From Naegleria gruberi (lineage: Eukaryota): DNA of 64,000 nt. This document shows positions 1 through 11,443 of this stretch, one piece after another. Each line of letters begins with the position of its first letter. Positions within the stretch are counted from its first letter, which is position 1. The position numbers and the translations under genes were made by a program. The DNA is taken from the NCBI GenBank assembly GCA_000004985.1, contig GG738930.1, one strand, 5' to 3'. The notes below the pieces were generated by a model. It ran no database searches and was not told the origin of the DNA. It was given only the letters and a program-made list of their open reading frames with translations.

Positions 1-200
1 GTTGTTGAGGATAACCTTGCATTGGTTGTTGAGGGTAACCTTGTTGAGGATATCCCTGTTGAGGGTATCCTTGTTGTGGATAACCTTGCATTGGTTGTTG
101 AGGATATCCTTGTTGAGGGTATCCTTGCATTGGTTGCTGTGGATAACCTGTTTGCATTGGTTGTTGTGGATAACCTTGTTGTGGAACCATTGCTTGAATT
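1..200. repeat. Imperfect tandem 15-24 bp repeats (gttgttgagg[g/a]ta[a/t]ccttg / cattggttgttgaggataaccttg); this is the coding repeat for the QGYPQQ tail of the minus-strand C2 protein
   Basis: Direct reading of the sequence: at least 9 degenerate units; plus-strand ORFs 2..220 and 22..324 are antisense artefacts of it. Confidence 0.8.
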
Positions 201-663
201 CCAAAGTCTTGAGCCAATAAGTCAACAACAAGACTTCCAGATTTGGCTCCAGTCAAAGATAATGTCAACTTTTCAACTACACCTCTCTTCAATGAAGACA
301 ATGGTGCTGAACAACTTCCCATAGAATCATGTTTACCGATCAAATCATGATCAAATACATCAAAAGTTACCATTTCTCTACTAGGATCACTAACAGAGAA
401 TGTAAAAGTTTGTGCCCAGGTTGGATTGAGGGTAGCTGGTTTCACAGATGTTTTCTGAGAGGAACTTCCAACTCTAACCACAACATATGGATCTGTTAGT
501 TATTATTATTATTGGCGTCGTTTTTGATCATCACAAAACAATTATTTCACATCAAATCACGATCAATAACCAAATTTTAATCACACTACTTACCCGATGT
601 ACCACTAATGTCTTTAGCAACAAGTCTTTGACCTGCAACAACGGTTACTGTCAATGTTGGCAT
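1..663 (-). CDS. C2-domain protein with a C-terminal Gln/Pro/Gly/Tyr-rich repeat tail (QGYPQQ / PMQGYPQQ); exon 1 663..594, intron 593..493, exon 2 from 492 running off the window edge (3' partial)
   Basis: Minus-strand translation [23 protein letters not shown]|[71 protein letters not shown] is a typical C2 signature (SDPYV, NPxW). Intron has GTAAGT donor and AT-rich ..aactaacag acceptor. Tail ...[19 protein letters not shown] continues with no stop to position 1. Confidence 0.7.
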
Positions 664-1100
664 ATTGATGATGATGAATTATTGAATATTTGAATGGATG
701 ATGGACAAATCCTTTTTCCTATTTTTTTGATGAAGATTTGTACTTGTTGGAAAATGTTTTAATAGACGACAGGTAACATGGGGCGCTCTGAAAATGAATG
801 TAACCATTCATCCATGATCCTTCTATTAGGGTTCTTCTTCTTGTGCAGTTAGTTATTTAATTATTAATAATAATTACTATCGTGATGATTAATCAAATTC
901 TTTTCCTTTTGATTTTTTAAATTGTATCAAGTACAAGGTACAATTATCAGTGTTTTCATCTAGACTACATCCGTTCTCATTAATCTTCCAGCTACTTCAA
1001 ATGTTTACTTTAAGAAAGACATCGCTTCTTGTTCAATGTTTTTTTAGAATATTTGGCGCCGTTTTTAATTATTTAATTTCAAATCTTAAAAAAATTGAAA

Positions 1101-3461
1101 ATGACAAAGATTAGAGAGTTGGATGATCAAGGAGTGGAAATACCTGTGGAGGATGATTCGGATGATTGGGTTGATGAAGAAGAGGAGGACAATGAAGATG
1201 ATTGGGAGGATGATGATTCAGATGAAGAAGAAGAGGATGGAGAGGACGATGATGATGAATTAGGAGCTGATATTACGGAATTGTTTTGTTTTTCGGAATC
1301 ATTTAATCCTAATGAATATATTGAAAGAATTAAAAGCAGAGGAGGCTTAGTCGTGGAGCATCCTGAAGACTTTTTGAGAGTTTGTCTCTTTGATAATGAG
1401 TCTGATCTTACAAATGAAGATGAAAAGAAGGCTTTTGCAATGCTTACCAAGAGAAAAACCAGAGAAGACTGTTTCCAACTCCTATCTGAAGAGGAAAAGA
1501 AATACATCTCTCATATTAGTGATGACTATACTGTTGTAATAATTACTTCAAAGGAAGATTATCAAAAAAAGACTCCAACTTGTCAATTAGCTTCCTTCCT
1601 CATCGATTATACACAAATAATGGTTGGATCAATAGTGAATTCAAACTTTTTGGATATTTATTTGGAAAATCCTTCGAAAAATGTTGATGATATCATCTAT
1701 TCAGAATCTAACGATTGTTCGATTGGAATTCCCTTCCAAACAAATCATCCAGTGTTTCTCTTGTCCACAAGTGAAGAAAAGATGCAAGAAATGAGACAAT
1801 ACTTTTCTGAAAAGGACGTACCAATCATGTCCAGAGAAGTTTATGACTTTCAACCAATTACCTTGTCAGATTGTACTATTGTGATGAATGAGGAATTCTT
1901 CTCCAGAGATCCAAAATCTCTTACTTTGGAGGAAATTGATATTTTACAATTCTATGTCCACACAAATGGTATCACCTTTGAAAGAGCAAAAGAGTTATTT
2001 GAAGAATGTAAGGACATTAGTAGTGCAGACTATGACTATTGTGAGGAAATGTTGAAAAAGATGAACATTTTCCAACAGGTCTACAATTTCTCAACCATTA
2101 ACAAGAGAAGATTCAGAAGACGTATCTTGGATGAAGCAAAATCAAAAGAATTTACTGAACATTTGAAAGAATTGCCAATCTACTTCAATGACTTGATTGA
2201 AAACATACCTAACGAAATTATTTATCATATTCTTCCATACTTGCCAGTTCATGAATTACTGCAATTTAGATTGCTTTCTCATGTAGCCAATTTAATTTGC
2301 TTGCAAGACTTTTTGTGGAAGGATGTTTGTTCGAGCACTTGTAAAAACCATCACTTCTTGAAACCTCTTCTCTCCAATGAAAAGATATTCAACCTTCCCT
2401 ACATGCTCATCTACAGAAATCATATCCAACCTTTAATTATTGATTACAAACAAATCAAGAAGGAGATGTTTTTGGAAAACCTTGCAGAAGAGAAAGTCTT
2501 TAAACAATTTATTACACCTGCTCTATTTATTGATACATGTGTTAGTGAAGATTCCTCAGTACCTATTGGAACAACTAAAATGTCAGGTGAACCTGATCTA
2601 CCAAAAGGATTTGACTCTCAAAGAATAGTGAATTTGACTCTTCTTTTGCAGTTGAATATTGAAGAAAATAAGGATAGTGATCTCTTTGGATTGGCCTACC
2701 AAGTATTTAAGCAAAAATCCTCCATGTTCCCAACAACAGGCATATTATTTATATTTTGCAATAGTGACGACGAATTATCTCCTTCTAAGGTTTTCCACTA
2801 TGTGGGATCAACTGATAATTTGGAACGACTCAAAAGAAGTGCTAATGATTCAAGATTTTGCTTTACTGTCAAATTCTATGAAGCTTTGAGTTTATGTAAC
2901 GATTCCCAAAACTTGTTTGCCAAAGATATTGATGAATATGAAAAACAACTCAATAAGGGTGATGATGACAAGTCTGAAAAGTTGAGTCAAAGTTTACACG
3001 CACCATTCTTAACATCAGAACCTCACAAACTTTTTGGTGCTCTTCCTGTTCTCTATGATGATGAATGGTATGATGAGAATGATGATGCATCAAGCAGTGG
3101 ATCCGAGTCTGAAGATGATTACGAAGAAGATCCATACTTTTACATTGACCTTAACCAATTTGCAACACCTTTAATACAATTATCAGAGGACAGTAAAACA
3201 CAGGAGAATAACATATTGGAGAGTTCTGTTGATGTTGAGAGTGCCTTCCTTCTCGCTGGATCTGGAGAAGGCGTTGCTGTAGATAAGGACTGTACATGGA
3301 AGGAAATAATGAGCTTAGAGGATGGCTCCAAGCTCTTTGAATTGCAAAATCATTTCACATCATGCTTCTCCTATCAACCAGGAACTAAAATGTACAAAAA
3401 GTACAATCATCTCGTTAAACAAATGAAAAAACAAGCCAAAAAATCAAGACATGAACATTAA
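1101..3461 (+). CDS. F-box protein with extremely acidic N- and C-terminal regions (D/E runs)
   Basis: First ATG at 1101 (the ORF-track start at 1095 is TTG). F-box motif LIENIPNEIIYHILPYLPVHELLQFRLLSHVANLICLQDFLWKDVC. Continuous 787-codon ORF, A-rich ATG context. Confidence 0.6.
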   Translation: MTKIRELDDQGVEIPVEDDSDDWVDEEEEDNEDDWEDDDSDEEEEDGEDDDDELGADITELFCFSESFNPNEYIERIKSRGGLVVEHPEDFLRVCLFDNESDLTNEDEKKAFAMLTKRKTREDCFQLLSEEEKKYISHISDDYTVVIITSKEDYQKKTPTCQLASFLIDYTQIMVGSIVNSNFLDIYLENPSKNVDDIIYSESNDCSIGIPFQTNHPVFLLSTSEEKMQEMRQYFSEKDVPIMSREVYDFQPITLSDCTIVMNEEFFSRDPKSLTLEEIDILQFYVHTNGITFERAKELFEECKDISSADYDYCEEMLKKMNIFQQVYNFSTINKRRFRRRILDEAKSKEFTEHLKELPIYFNDLIENIPNEIIYHILPYLPVHELLQFRLLSHVANLICLQDFLWKDVCSSTCKNHHFLKPLLSNEKIFNLPYMLIYRNHIQPLIIDYKQIKKEMFLENLAEEKVFKQFITPALFIDTCVSEDSSVPIGTTKMSGEPDLPKGFDSQRIVNLTLLLQLNIEENKDSDLFGLAYQVFKQKSSMFPTTGILFIFCNSDDELSPSKVFHYVGSTDNLERLKRSANDSRFCFTVKFYEALSLCNDSQNLFAKDIDEYEKQLNKGDDDKSEKLSQSLHAPFLTSEPHKLFGALPVLYDDEWYDENDDASSSGSESEDDYEEDPYFYIDLNQFATPLIQLSEDSKTQENNILESSVDVESAFLLAGSGEGVAVDKDCTWKEIMSLEDGSKLFELQNHFTSCFSYQPGTKMYKKYNHLVKQMKKQAKKSRHEH

Positions 3462-3496
3462 ATAAATCCCTGAAGTGTTATTATTTATTATGTACA

Positions 3497-4876
3497 TTAT
3501 TGCTCAGGAACGTGAACGAATGATATGTTATGGAATTTGAAATTATTCTTTGAATTCTTCTTTTCATTTTCAAAGGCCTCCTCCTTATAGAAAGTCCAAG
3601 ATTGATTTCTTGCATTTCCTCCATTCGAAGATGAAGATGCTTGTTGTTGTACACTATTTCCCGATGAATTCACAAATGTGGAATCTTTTGGAAATTCAAC
3701 ACAGTGATGAATGGTTGAACTCGTTGTGGTCACAGTTTCAGTAACGAGTGTTCCAGTCTTTCTCTGTTTCGAAATTCCTCTCAAATTATTCAGAGAACTA
3801 GAACTGTTACTCTTTCTTGAGAGTGAGGCCAATGAAGGAGTAGGTGACAAATTTCCAGGAGTATTCGTTGTTGGACTGGCAGGTGAAGTGCTTGGATTTT
3901 TCACAACTGCCGACAATAAATTATTAGACGAAGCACTCCTATTATTCACAATGAATGAATTTCTTCTCTGGAGAGTGGACAACTTGAGTGATCTTTCAAT
4001 CATTGCATTACTAAATTGTTGTTGCTGTTGTTGTTGAATGATATGATTGTTTTGATTGTTTTGGGAATTGTTAAATTGTGGTGGACATGTACTAGTTGTG
4101 GTATTGTTGTTAAATGTTGTGAATGGAGTTGTGGATAAATTAAATGATAATTGTCTTGGGAGTTGTTTCGTATTATTGTGAACATCTTCAATTGGTGTTT
4201 TGGATTGATTTAATTCAGAAACTAATCCATTGATATCCAATTGTAAGAAACATGGAGTTTGTGGACTCAATCCATCCAAAGCTCTATCAAGATCAGTTAT
4301 TGCTTCCATTGAATTCGAATGTGAAAGTGTCATACTATTCGAAATGATACTGTTACAAGTGGATTGTGAAGGAGAGGTGCAATTATTCATAGGAGAAGGT
4401 GTTTTGGATTTTAAATTATTTCCATTCTTGTTACAAAACATGCATGGTTGCTTTAGGTTTCGACTAGTTTCGCAATATTTACAAGTGTTTGATGATTGTT
4501 GGAAGGAATGAAATTTGTTTGGATAACTTGTGGTTCTTCGGAGTGAAGATAATGATGAATCTGATGGGATGTGGAGTGAAGAGGGAAGTTGTGTAAAGGT
4601 TTCGTCTAGCATCATGTGGCTTTCGATTTGTTGTTCGAAAGTTAGATTCGTTGGAGAGGAAGGTCCAGAAGTTTTAGGAGGGCAATTAAATGATTGTCCA
4701 TTCACATCTGGATTATGATTGTTAATCAGCTTATTGTACAATTGGTTATTTGAAATGTTAGAAACGTTATTCGAAAGTAAAAGATTCATCAAACTGGCAC
4801 TTTCATTACTATTGGACGTAGAAGAAAGCGAACTATTCATACCACTGAAATTGAAATGTGGTTGAGAAGTCATCAT
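3497..4876 (-). CDS. Ser/Asn/Thr/Gln-rich low-complexity protein with a C-x2-C-x9-C-x2-C motif (CKYCETSRNLKQPCMFC); function unknown, possibly a nucleic-acid-binding regulator
   Basis: Real ATG at 4876 (MMTSQPHF...); 459-codon ORF; poly-Q run QQQQQQQ; long ORF in AT-rich DNA. Confidence 0.5.
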   Translation of the reverse strand: MMTSQPHFNFSGMNSSLSSTSNSNESASLMNLLLSNNVSNISNNQLYNKLINNHNPDVNGQSFNCPPKTSGPSSPTNLTFEQQIESHMMLDETFTQLPSSLHIPSDSSLSSLRRTTSYPNKFHSFQQSSNTCKYCETSRNLKQPCMFCNKNGNNLKSKTPSPMNNCTSPSQSTCNSIISNSMTLSHSNSMEAITDLDRALDGLSPQTPCFLQLDINGLVSELNQSKTPIEDVHNNTKQLPRQLSFNLSTTPFTTFNNNTTTSTCPPQFNNSQNNQNNHIIQQQQQQQFSNAMIERSLKLSTLQRRNSFIVNNRSASSNNLLSAVVKNPSTSPASPTTNTPGNLSPTPSLASLSRKSNSSSSLNNLRGISKQRKTGTLVTETVTTTSSTIHHCVEFPKDSTFVNSSGNSVQQQASSSSNGGNARNQSWTFYKEEAFENEKKNSKNNFKFHNISFVHVPEQ

Positions 4877-6122
4877 TGTGTGTAAAAGTTTTTTTGTTTA
4901 GTTTTCTTCAGACGAAACTTGATAAACACTGAAAAGGATCGAACACAATATCTAAAGTTCGGCTTTTAGAACGCCAAAGGTGTTTGCCGTTGTATTTCGG
5001 TTGTGTCAGTTTTCTTGTTACTTTCTTTCACAATAAGCAAGCAAACGCCAAGATTTTCTTATTTCGTCAACTTTCGTAAATTGTTTATGGCATGTAAAAA
5101 AACCGACTTGAGAGATTTCCATTCCAAAGAGTTAATGTTTGGTCTTTCACAGTTTGTTGAGCTTGTACATTTAATTATTTAAAAACTATTTACATTACTA
5201 ATTGACTATTGTTTCTAATAATTGAAATTAAACTAAACTGATCAGAAGAAACGAATCAGATACAGTAGTAAGGAACAATGAAGATGAAAGTATTGTGAAG
5301 TGTTTCTCATCTATTTTTATTTCCACAACGGTCTTGTTTGGTAAGAACCAGAAAAAAACATTTTCATTTCGAATATCTTCTCTCGCGTTCTATTTGGTCT
5401 ATTCGAAACACGTCAAAATTACAACATCCTAAACAGTGAAACGTGTTGAATCCTTCTCTTCAAAATCAGATAGGTTTCGCCTATTCGTAAAACTAGACAA
5501 ACCGAAACTCAACACAACGGACGCATTATCTGCTAACAAGAAAGCCACAAGCAAAAGGGTTGCCAAAAGAATTAAATCATCATCAATGGTTACAAACTTT
5601 CATATATGGTTGATATTAAACAATTTTAGAGGTTGTAATTTTATATTATTAATTTAAATTTGTTGTTATTAAAGAAATTGAAATATTGTCTGACAATTTT
5701 CGAAAATTATCTTGGAATTCATGAGAAGGAATCATTTTGAAAGAAACAGTCTCCTCACAATTCATATTTCTTAAATGTATTGAATTTCATGTACATGTTG
5801 TGAAAGTTCGTACAGAATATAAAGATTTTGTATTTGTGGAATCAATTGACAATCACCTCGTTTTCCACAGAATGAACTGTGAATAATCATGAATTTCTAA
5901 TCTTTTATCAACCTAATTGACCAAATCAAGTCTATTTAGATTCGAATGAAAATTGTAATAAACGATCTTATACAATAAAACAAAAAAATTGAAAGATCAC
6001 CAATGAGATAGTAAAGAGACTTAGATCGCCCATTTCAAGTTCAAATTAGTTCCGTCTCATTACTATCCATTTTAAAAACCTCAGTTTAGTCTCACATACA
6101 AAAATAAATCACACTTTAAAAA

Positions 6123-7964
6123 ATGTCATCCTCTCCATTTGGCATTCACAAAACTGATAAATCATCATCAGCAACTCCACCAACCACCATCAACAATAGT
6201 GTGCCACCACCTCCTCCTAACAATATTGTTAATAATAATAATAACACAACTTTACCAAATTGGAGACAACAACAATTGACAAAAAAGGAAGAATCAAAAA
6301 GTGTTGCTGTTGGTTGTAGTTTACCAAATGTTCCACCTCCACCACCTTCAATTGGTTCAGGTTATCAAATTCCTCCTAAAAATGTCACTACTTCACAGTT
6401 GACTAGTTCAAGTAAATCTACTACTCAACCAATTGTTCCTCCTCCTCCACCTGGTATTGTTAACAACCATTCAATGAATCAACAACCAAATTGGAGACAA
6501 CAACAACAAATTAAAAAGGAAGAATCTAATAGATCTGTAACTAATGCTACTCAACAACTGCCAAATGTTCCACCTCCACCTGGTAATAGTGTCACTCAAA
6601 ATCTCCAACAACCAAATTGGAGACAACAACAACAAGCAATGAATACTAAAAAAGAAAACATAACCATTCCACCTCCAATACCAAGCTCAACAACAACTGT
6701 CAAACTTCCAACTAGTACAGCACCTCCAACAAGCTCAACAACTGTCACATCCTCTCATGCTGTTACAGTAGGTAGTGGTGGAATTGTTGTTCCTCCCCCT
6801 CCACCTGGTAATTTTGTGGCAATAACTCACCAAGCAAATGTCAGAAAACCAATTATTAACACTTACATTCCACCAGTAGTTGTCAGTACTGAAGAAACTT
6901 TGGAATTTTACAAGGAATTATGTGATAAAATTCCAGAAAAGAGAATTGGACCTGGATTTAAGGACATTCCAGAACCAAAATTCAATTGTAAAAAGCATAC
7001 GAATACTGGTGATTCAGAATTGGAACTTTCGATTGAGGATAGTGATCCAAATTATGTTGTAATACCTTCTCAATTCCAATACGATAGTGGACTGGGATTT
7101 AGTTTTGCATTCTCTGTCAGAATTCACAATCCAAAGCCTTATTACATTTTTGTAAGGGAGGTGCAAGTTTTTTACAAGGATATGACTGGAAAGTGGATTG
7201 AAGCAAATTTTCCATCCTACCAAACATTGGGAATCAATTTTCATCACGATGACAAGTTAAAAGTTGAAGGAATGGAAAAACTTTGGTGTCATTTCACAGC
7301 CAATTTCACACCAATTCCAAAACTTAGTCAAGTTATTTGGGGAACTTCTTACAGTTATATTACACATCCCTCTCTCCCTCAACCATTGACCTTGAAATTG
7401 ATCATTCATGATTCTCTTGAAAAAACCAAAGAGTTACTTGTTGAGCAAGTGAATGTAATTTTCCCAAAAAAGAGAAACAATCGATACATTGAAATATTGA
7501 ATGAAATCTCAACATTTAAAAAGGGAACCAAGTATGGAATTGAAACTGTCGAATCGTTCTATAAGATTGTTTTTTGTGAAGATATGTATTATGGGGATGC
7601 CAAATTCATCTCATTTGGATTTCAAGATCATGAGGAACGAGAGGAAAATAGAGATAAAATCCCAACCTCAATCGAGATTAGTTGTGGCAGTATGAGTGAA
7701 AGTTCCAACTACAGTGAAACACAATACATCCAAATTGATTTTATTGAAAAGTTGGAACAGCAAGCAAAGAAGGAAAACCTTTCTGAGATTCCATATGCAC
7801 ACTTTGGTGTTGTCTTTCTATTCGATTCGAAAGGGCTCATGTATGGGGCGAGAGTGAAGATTGAGTCGACCTCTCAAACTGTGGAAAAAATTGTCTTGCT
7901 TAGAGATTTGATTAAGGTACTCAAATTGGACAAACAAACTATCAAGAAGAGATTTATTTATTAA
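6123..7964 (+). CDS. Proline-rich repeat protein with three tandem ~45-60 aa modules (PNWRQQQ..KKEES..PNVPPPPP) and five poly-Pro tracts, followed by a globular C-terminal domain of unknown function
   Basis: ATG at 6123 in A-rich context; 613-codon ORF; internal DNA repeat ccaaattggagacaacaacaa present three times. Confidence 0.6.
   Translation: MSSSPFGIHKTDKSSSATPPTTINNSVPPPPPNNIVNNNNNTTLPNWRQQQLTKKEESKSVAVGCSLPNVPPPPPSIGSGYQIPPKNVTTSQLTSSSKSTTQPIVPPPPPGIVNNHSMNQQPNWRQQQQIKKEESNRSVTNATQQLPNVPPPPGNSVTQNLQQPNWRQQQQAMNTKKENITIPPPIPSSTTTVKLPTSTAPPTSSTTVTSSHAVTVGSGGIVVPPPPPGNFVAITHQANVRKPIINTYIPPVVVSTEETLEFYKELCDKIPEKRIGPGFKDIPEPKFNCKKHTNTGDSELELSIEDSDPNYVVIPSQFQYDSGLGFSFAFSVRIHNPKPYYIFVREVQVFYKDMTGKWIEANFPSYQTLGINFHHDDKLKVEGMEKLWCHFTANFTPIPKLSQVIWGTSYSYITHPSLPQPLTLKLIIHDSLEKTKELLVEQVNVIFPKKRNNRYIEILNEISTFKKGTKYGIETVESFYKIVFCEDMYYGDAKFISFGFQDHEEREENRDKIPTSIEISCGSMSESSNYSETQYIQIDFIEKLEQQAKKENLSEIPYAHFGVVFLFDSKGLMYGARVKIESTSQTVEKIVLLRDLIKVLKLDKQTIKKRFIY
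6240..6670 (+). repeat. Coding tandem repeat (3 copies, ~125-230 bp spacing) inside the Pro-rich protein gene
   Basis: ccaaattggagacaacaacaa at ~6258, ~6486 and ~6612, each followed by a ccacctcc poly-Pro coding stretch. Confidence 0.7.
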
Positions 7965-8066
7965 AATATGAATAAACAAAACGAAACCATTTTTTTTATT
8001 AGAAAATATTATATCAGATATTGCTATTTATTATTTAATAATAATTATAAATATTACATAATAAAA

Positions 8067-10603
8067 ATGAATAGACAACTATTGGAATATGTTTATAATC
8101 TCTTTCCGAATCCAACAACTGTAAAATTAAAATTCATCCGATCGGATGATGATATGAGCCTTGTACTACATCAAAACATTGCAGTCTTGTTTTTTCATTA
8201 CAAGGGAAAGACTGTTAATGTAATTGATGAAACAATTTTAGATAATTTGGGAAAGGTTTGTTTTTAAAGATCATCAGCTGATTGAATATTTAAATTATTT
8301 AAATATTAATTATTGGAAAATTACAGATGATCGGAGATGTAGAACGTTTAGTATTGGAAGGTAAAATACATGGATTAATGATGTACAGTTTAAAAAAGGA
8401 TTGTTTTATTGCAGGAGCTGATGTAAATATGATTTATACAATAACTGATAGAGAAAAAGCAAAAACTCTCTCAAGAACAGGACAATACCTCACGAGAAGG
8501 ATTGAATATTTACCAATTGTTGTTTTGGCTGCAATTCATGGAGTTTGTTTGGGAGGAGGATTTGAATTGTGTTTGGCAGCATCCCATAGAGTTTGTTCTA
8601 ATTATTCAAAAACTTATTGTGGACTTCCTGAAACGAAATTGGGGATTTTGACAGGTTCAGGTGGGTGTGTCAGATTGCCACGATTGATTGGATTGGATAA
8701 TTCGATTCAAATGATTTTACAAGGAAGTTCCATTGGAGCTAAGAGTGCATTGGAATGTGGAATTGTTGATCAGGTGTTTCCTTACGAAGTTGAACAGAAT
8801 AATGATGAATACATATCAAAAACCAAACCTCAAGCACAAGATGTGGAATTCTTTCAAAGATCTTTCGAATATATCAAGGATTTATCTGTACAGACACTTC
8901 CTGAAAGGGAGGAATTAATTGCTGAAGCAATGAAGGATATATTACAAGTTGCTTCCTCACGATTATTCAATAGGGAGCCATCTTTCCAATTACAAAAGTA
9001 CAAGAGAAGGAAAATATCTATCAGAGAATATCTGAAAGACAATCCAATTGGAAGATTATTTATCGAGTTTATTGCTTCAAATAATATCAAGAAACAAACA
9101 AGAGGAAGACCATTCCATTCGCCACACAAAATATTGGAAACAATAATTAGTGGATATACCATGACAATAGATCAAGCCCTGGAGATTGAGGCATCTAATT
9201 TTGCAGAGCTTGTCATTGATCCAGTTTCTAAAAATTTGATTTCCCTCTTTAACATGTTGGAAGCTGCTAAAAAGGCCGAAAATTATTGTGATCCTCAATA
9301 TTGTCATTTGAAGATCAAGCAAGTAATCAACAGGATTGCTGTTTGTGGAGCTGGTCAAATGGGATGTGGAATTACTCAACTCTGTCTATCAAAAGGTTAC
9401 AACGTCTATCTAAAAGAGGTGGAATATCACTACTTGGAAAATGGATTGAAACGTATCAAGAATGAGCTCTACTCTAAACAAATTCGTTCTGGAAAGGTAA
9501 CAGAAAATCAACGAGATGAAGTCATTTCCAAATATTTAGAAACTGGCTTGAAATATGACCCAATAGAAAATTGCCAAATGGTTATTGAAGCAGCCCTTGA
9601 AAGAATTGACATTAAGAAGGAAGTTCTCGAGAGAGCACAAGCATTCAACAAGGAAATAATTTTTGCCACCAATACCTCCTCAATTCCATTAACATCCATC
9701 GCAGAGGAGAGTAACATGAAGCAAAATGTGATTGGGTTGCACTTTTTCAATCCAGCCAATGAGATGCCACTTGTGGAAATTATTGCTACGAGATATACTT
9801 CACAGGAGGTATTAGCGAAAGCTTACCAATTTGCTCTAGATTTGGGGAAAATTCCAATTGTTGTGAATGATAGTCCAGGATTTTTAACAACCAGATTATT
9901 TGTGGTGTATTGCATTGAGGCAACAAGTATTGTATTGGATGGTGTTCCATTTGAGGAAATTGATCAACGATTACAAGAATTTGGATTTTCAACAGGTGTA
10001 TTGTCTATGCTAGATCACAATGGTCTCGATGTTGCCATTCACGTCATGCCAATCCTAGCCCAAAATTTGGCACTCAGATTTGACCACTACGAAGCCCTTA
10101 AAGAACTAGTTAAAGGTGGCAATACAGGTGTGAAAAATAGAAAGGGTTTCTACTTGTACGATGAATATGGAAGACAAACTGGAATCAATCCGGAAGCTCT
10201 CAAAATTATTTCTCGCTATCAAGCCAAGAGAGAAAGAAAAGTAACACTGGCAACACTCTACGATGATATTGTTGATCGATGCATTCTCGTCTTGGTCAAT
10301 GAGGCAAGTAAATGCATTGAGGAAGGAATTATTGCACTACCTGAAGCTGTGGATATTTCAATGATTATGGGATTTGGATTTCCATCATTCCTTGGAGGTT
10401 TACTTTCATTTGCTGATTCGTTGGGAATTGCAAATATTGTAAAAAGATTGGAAGAGCTCTCTATTAGATATGATTCTGTCAAAATGCCATCAAAACTGTT
10501 GGTTGATATGGCAAAATCTAATCATCACTTCTTCCCTGAACGAGTTGTTTTGCATTCAATTATTGCCAAACAACAAAATCAACAACATGCAAGTAAATTG
10601 TAA
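8067..10603 (+). CDS. Peroxisomal multifunctional fatty-acid beta-oxidation enzyme (enoyl-CoA hydratase domain plus 3-hydroxyacyl-CoA dehydrogenase domain), C-terminal PTS1 -SKL; join(8067..8255, 8327..10603), intron 8256..8326
   Basis: Enoyl-CoA hydratase motifs AVLFFHYKGKTVNVIDETILDNLGK|MIGDVE..DCFIAGADVNMI..LAAIHGVCLGGGFELCLAASHRVCS. 3-hydroxyacyl-CoA dehydrogenase NAD-binding motif IAVCGAGQMGCGITQ. Ends ...HASKL*. Intron GTTTGT..TTACAG, phase 0, joins the conserved hydratase N-terminus. Alternative start ATG at 8154. Confidence 0.85.
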
Positions 10604-10814
10604 AGTATTGTAAAAGAATTTGAAATTTATTTTAACGGATGGAGAAAAGTTTATTTGAATGGTAGGATTTTGATGAAGCAATAACACGAAAGTGTTATTA
10701 ACGTTGATCAGTGGTTGGGAGAAATTTACAAAGAAAGGAATGGAGGTTAGAATACAGAGTTTCGAATAAACTTTCTCCATCATAGGCAGTTGAAGATTAT
10801 TTTACAAGCAGTTG

Positions 10815-11006
10815 TTAATGTTTTACAAAGTGTGGCTCTGACTTGATTGTTGTAACAGTACTAACAGCAGCAACAATTGCAAGAGTAACAGCAGCAGTTC
10901 TTAAATTCCACATTACGAATTGAGTTTTGGTGAAAGGAGTTTTTTTCTGATTTTTTGTTTGTAACAAGATTGATGTGATCAAAGTTTTCATTTGATCAAA
11001 TACCAT
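10815..11006 (-). CDS. Small (63 aa) possible tail-anchored membrane protein
   Basis: ATG at 11006 (MVFDQMKTLITSILLQTKNQKK...), one C-terminal hydrophobic helix LRTAAVTLAIVAAVSTVTTI; could be chance. Confidence 0.25.
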   Translation of the reverse strand: MVFDQMKTLITSILLQTKNQKKTPFTKTQFVMWNLRTAAVTLAIVAAVSTVTTIKSEPHFVKH

Positions 11007-11443
11007 ATTTGAAACCAATTTGTTTATCTCTTTCGAATATCAAACATCATTTTACAATAGTTTAATCATCTTGAATACAATGATCTACCAAATATCATAC
11101 AATTCAATTCCATCAACTCCTGCCTCATTGCATTATCAGTATACTGTTCAATAATGGTCTTATTTTCATCAATAGCTTTTGTTGGAAGTTGAGAAATTCC
11201 ACCCTTTTGAGGTTTGCTCAAATCAAACCATGGAAAAATAATTCAGCTTTTACATTCCAAGGAAATAATTATTTCTTGTAAAATCATGAGCAATAATTCT
11301 AGGCGCTGTAGTCTTCATACAACTGTCCGAATGTTTTATTGTTGACAGCGCGTGCGTTTTATTCAAGTTTAACACGCACACATTCTTAATAAAAAAAACA
11401 GAAGAACTTTTTGAAAAACATATTCGAAATAAGACAAAAAAAA

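Noticed and set aside
2-324. Plus-strand ORFs 2..220 and 22..324 (Leu/Val-rich)
   Set aside because: They are antisense readings of the tandem repeat that encodes the QGYPQQ tail of the minus-strand C2 protein; no independent support
1127-1507. Minus-strand 126-aa Ser-rich ORF
   Set aside because: Antisense of the GAA/GAT-rich acidic region of the F-box gene; a low-complexity artefact
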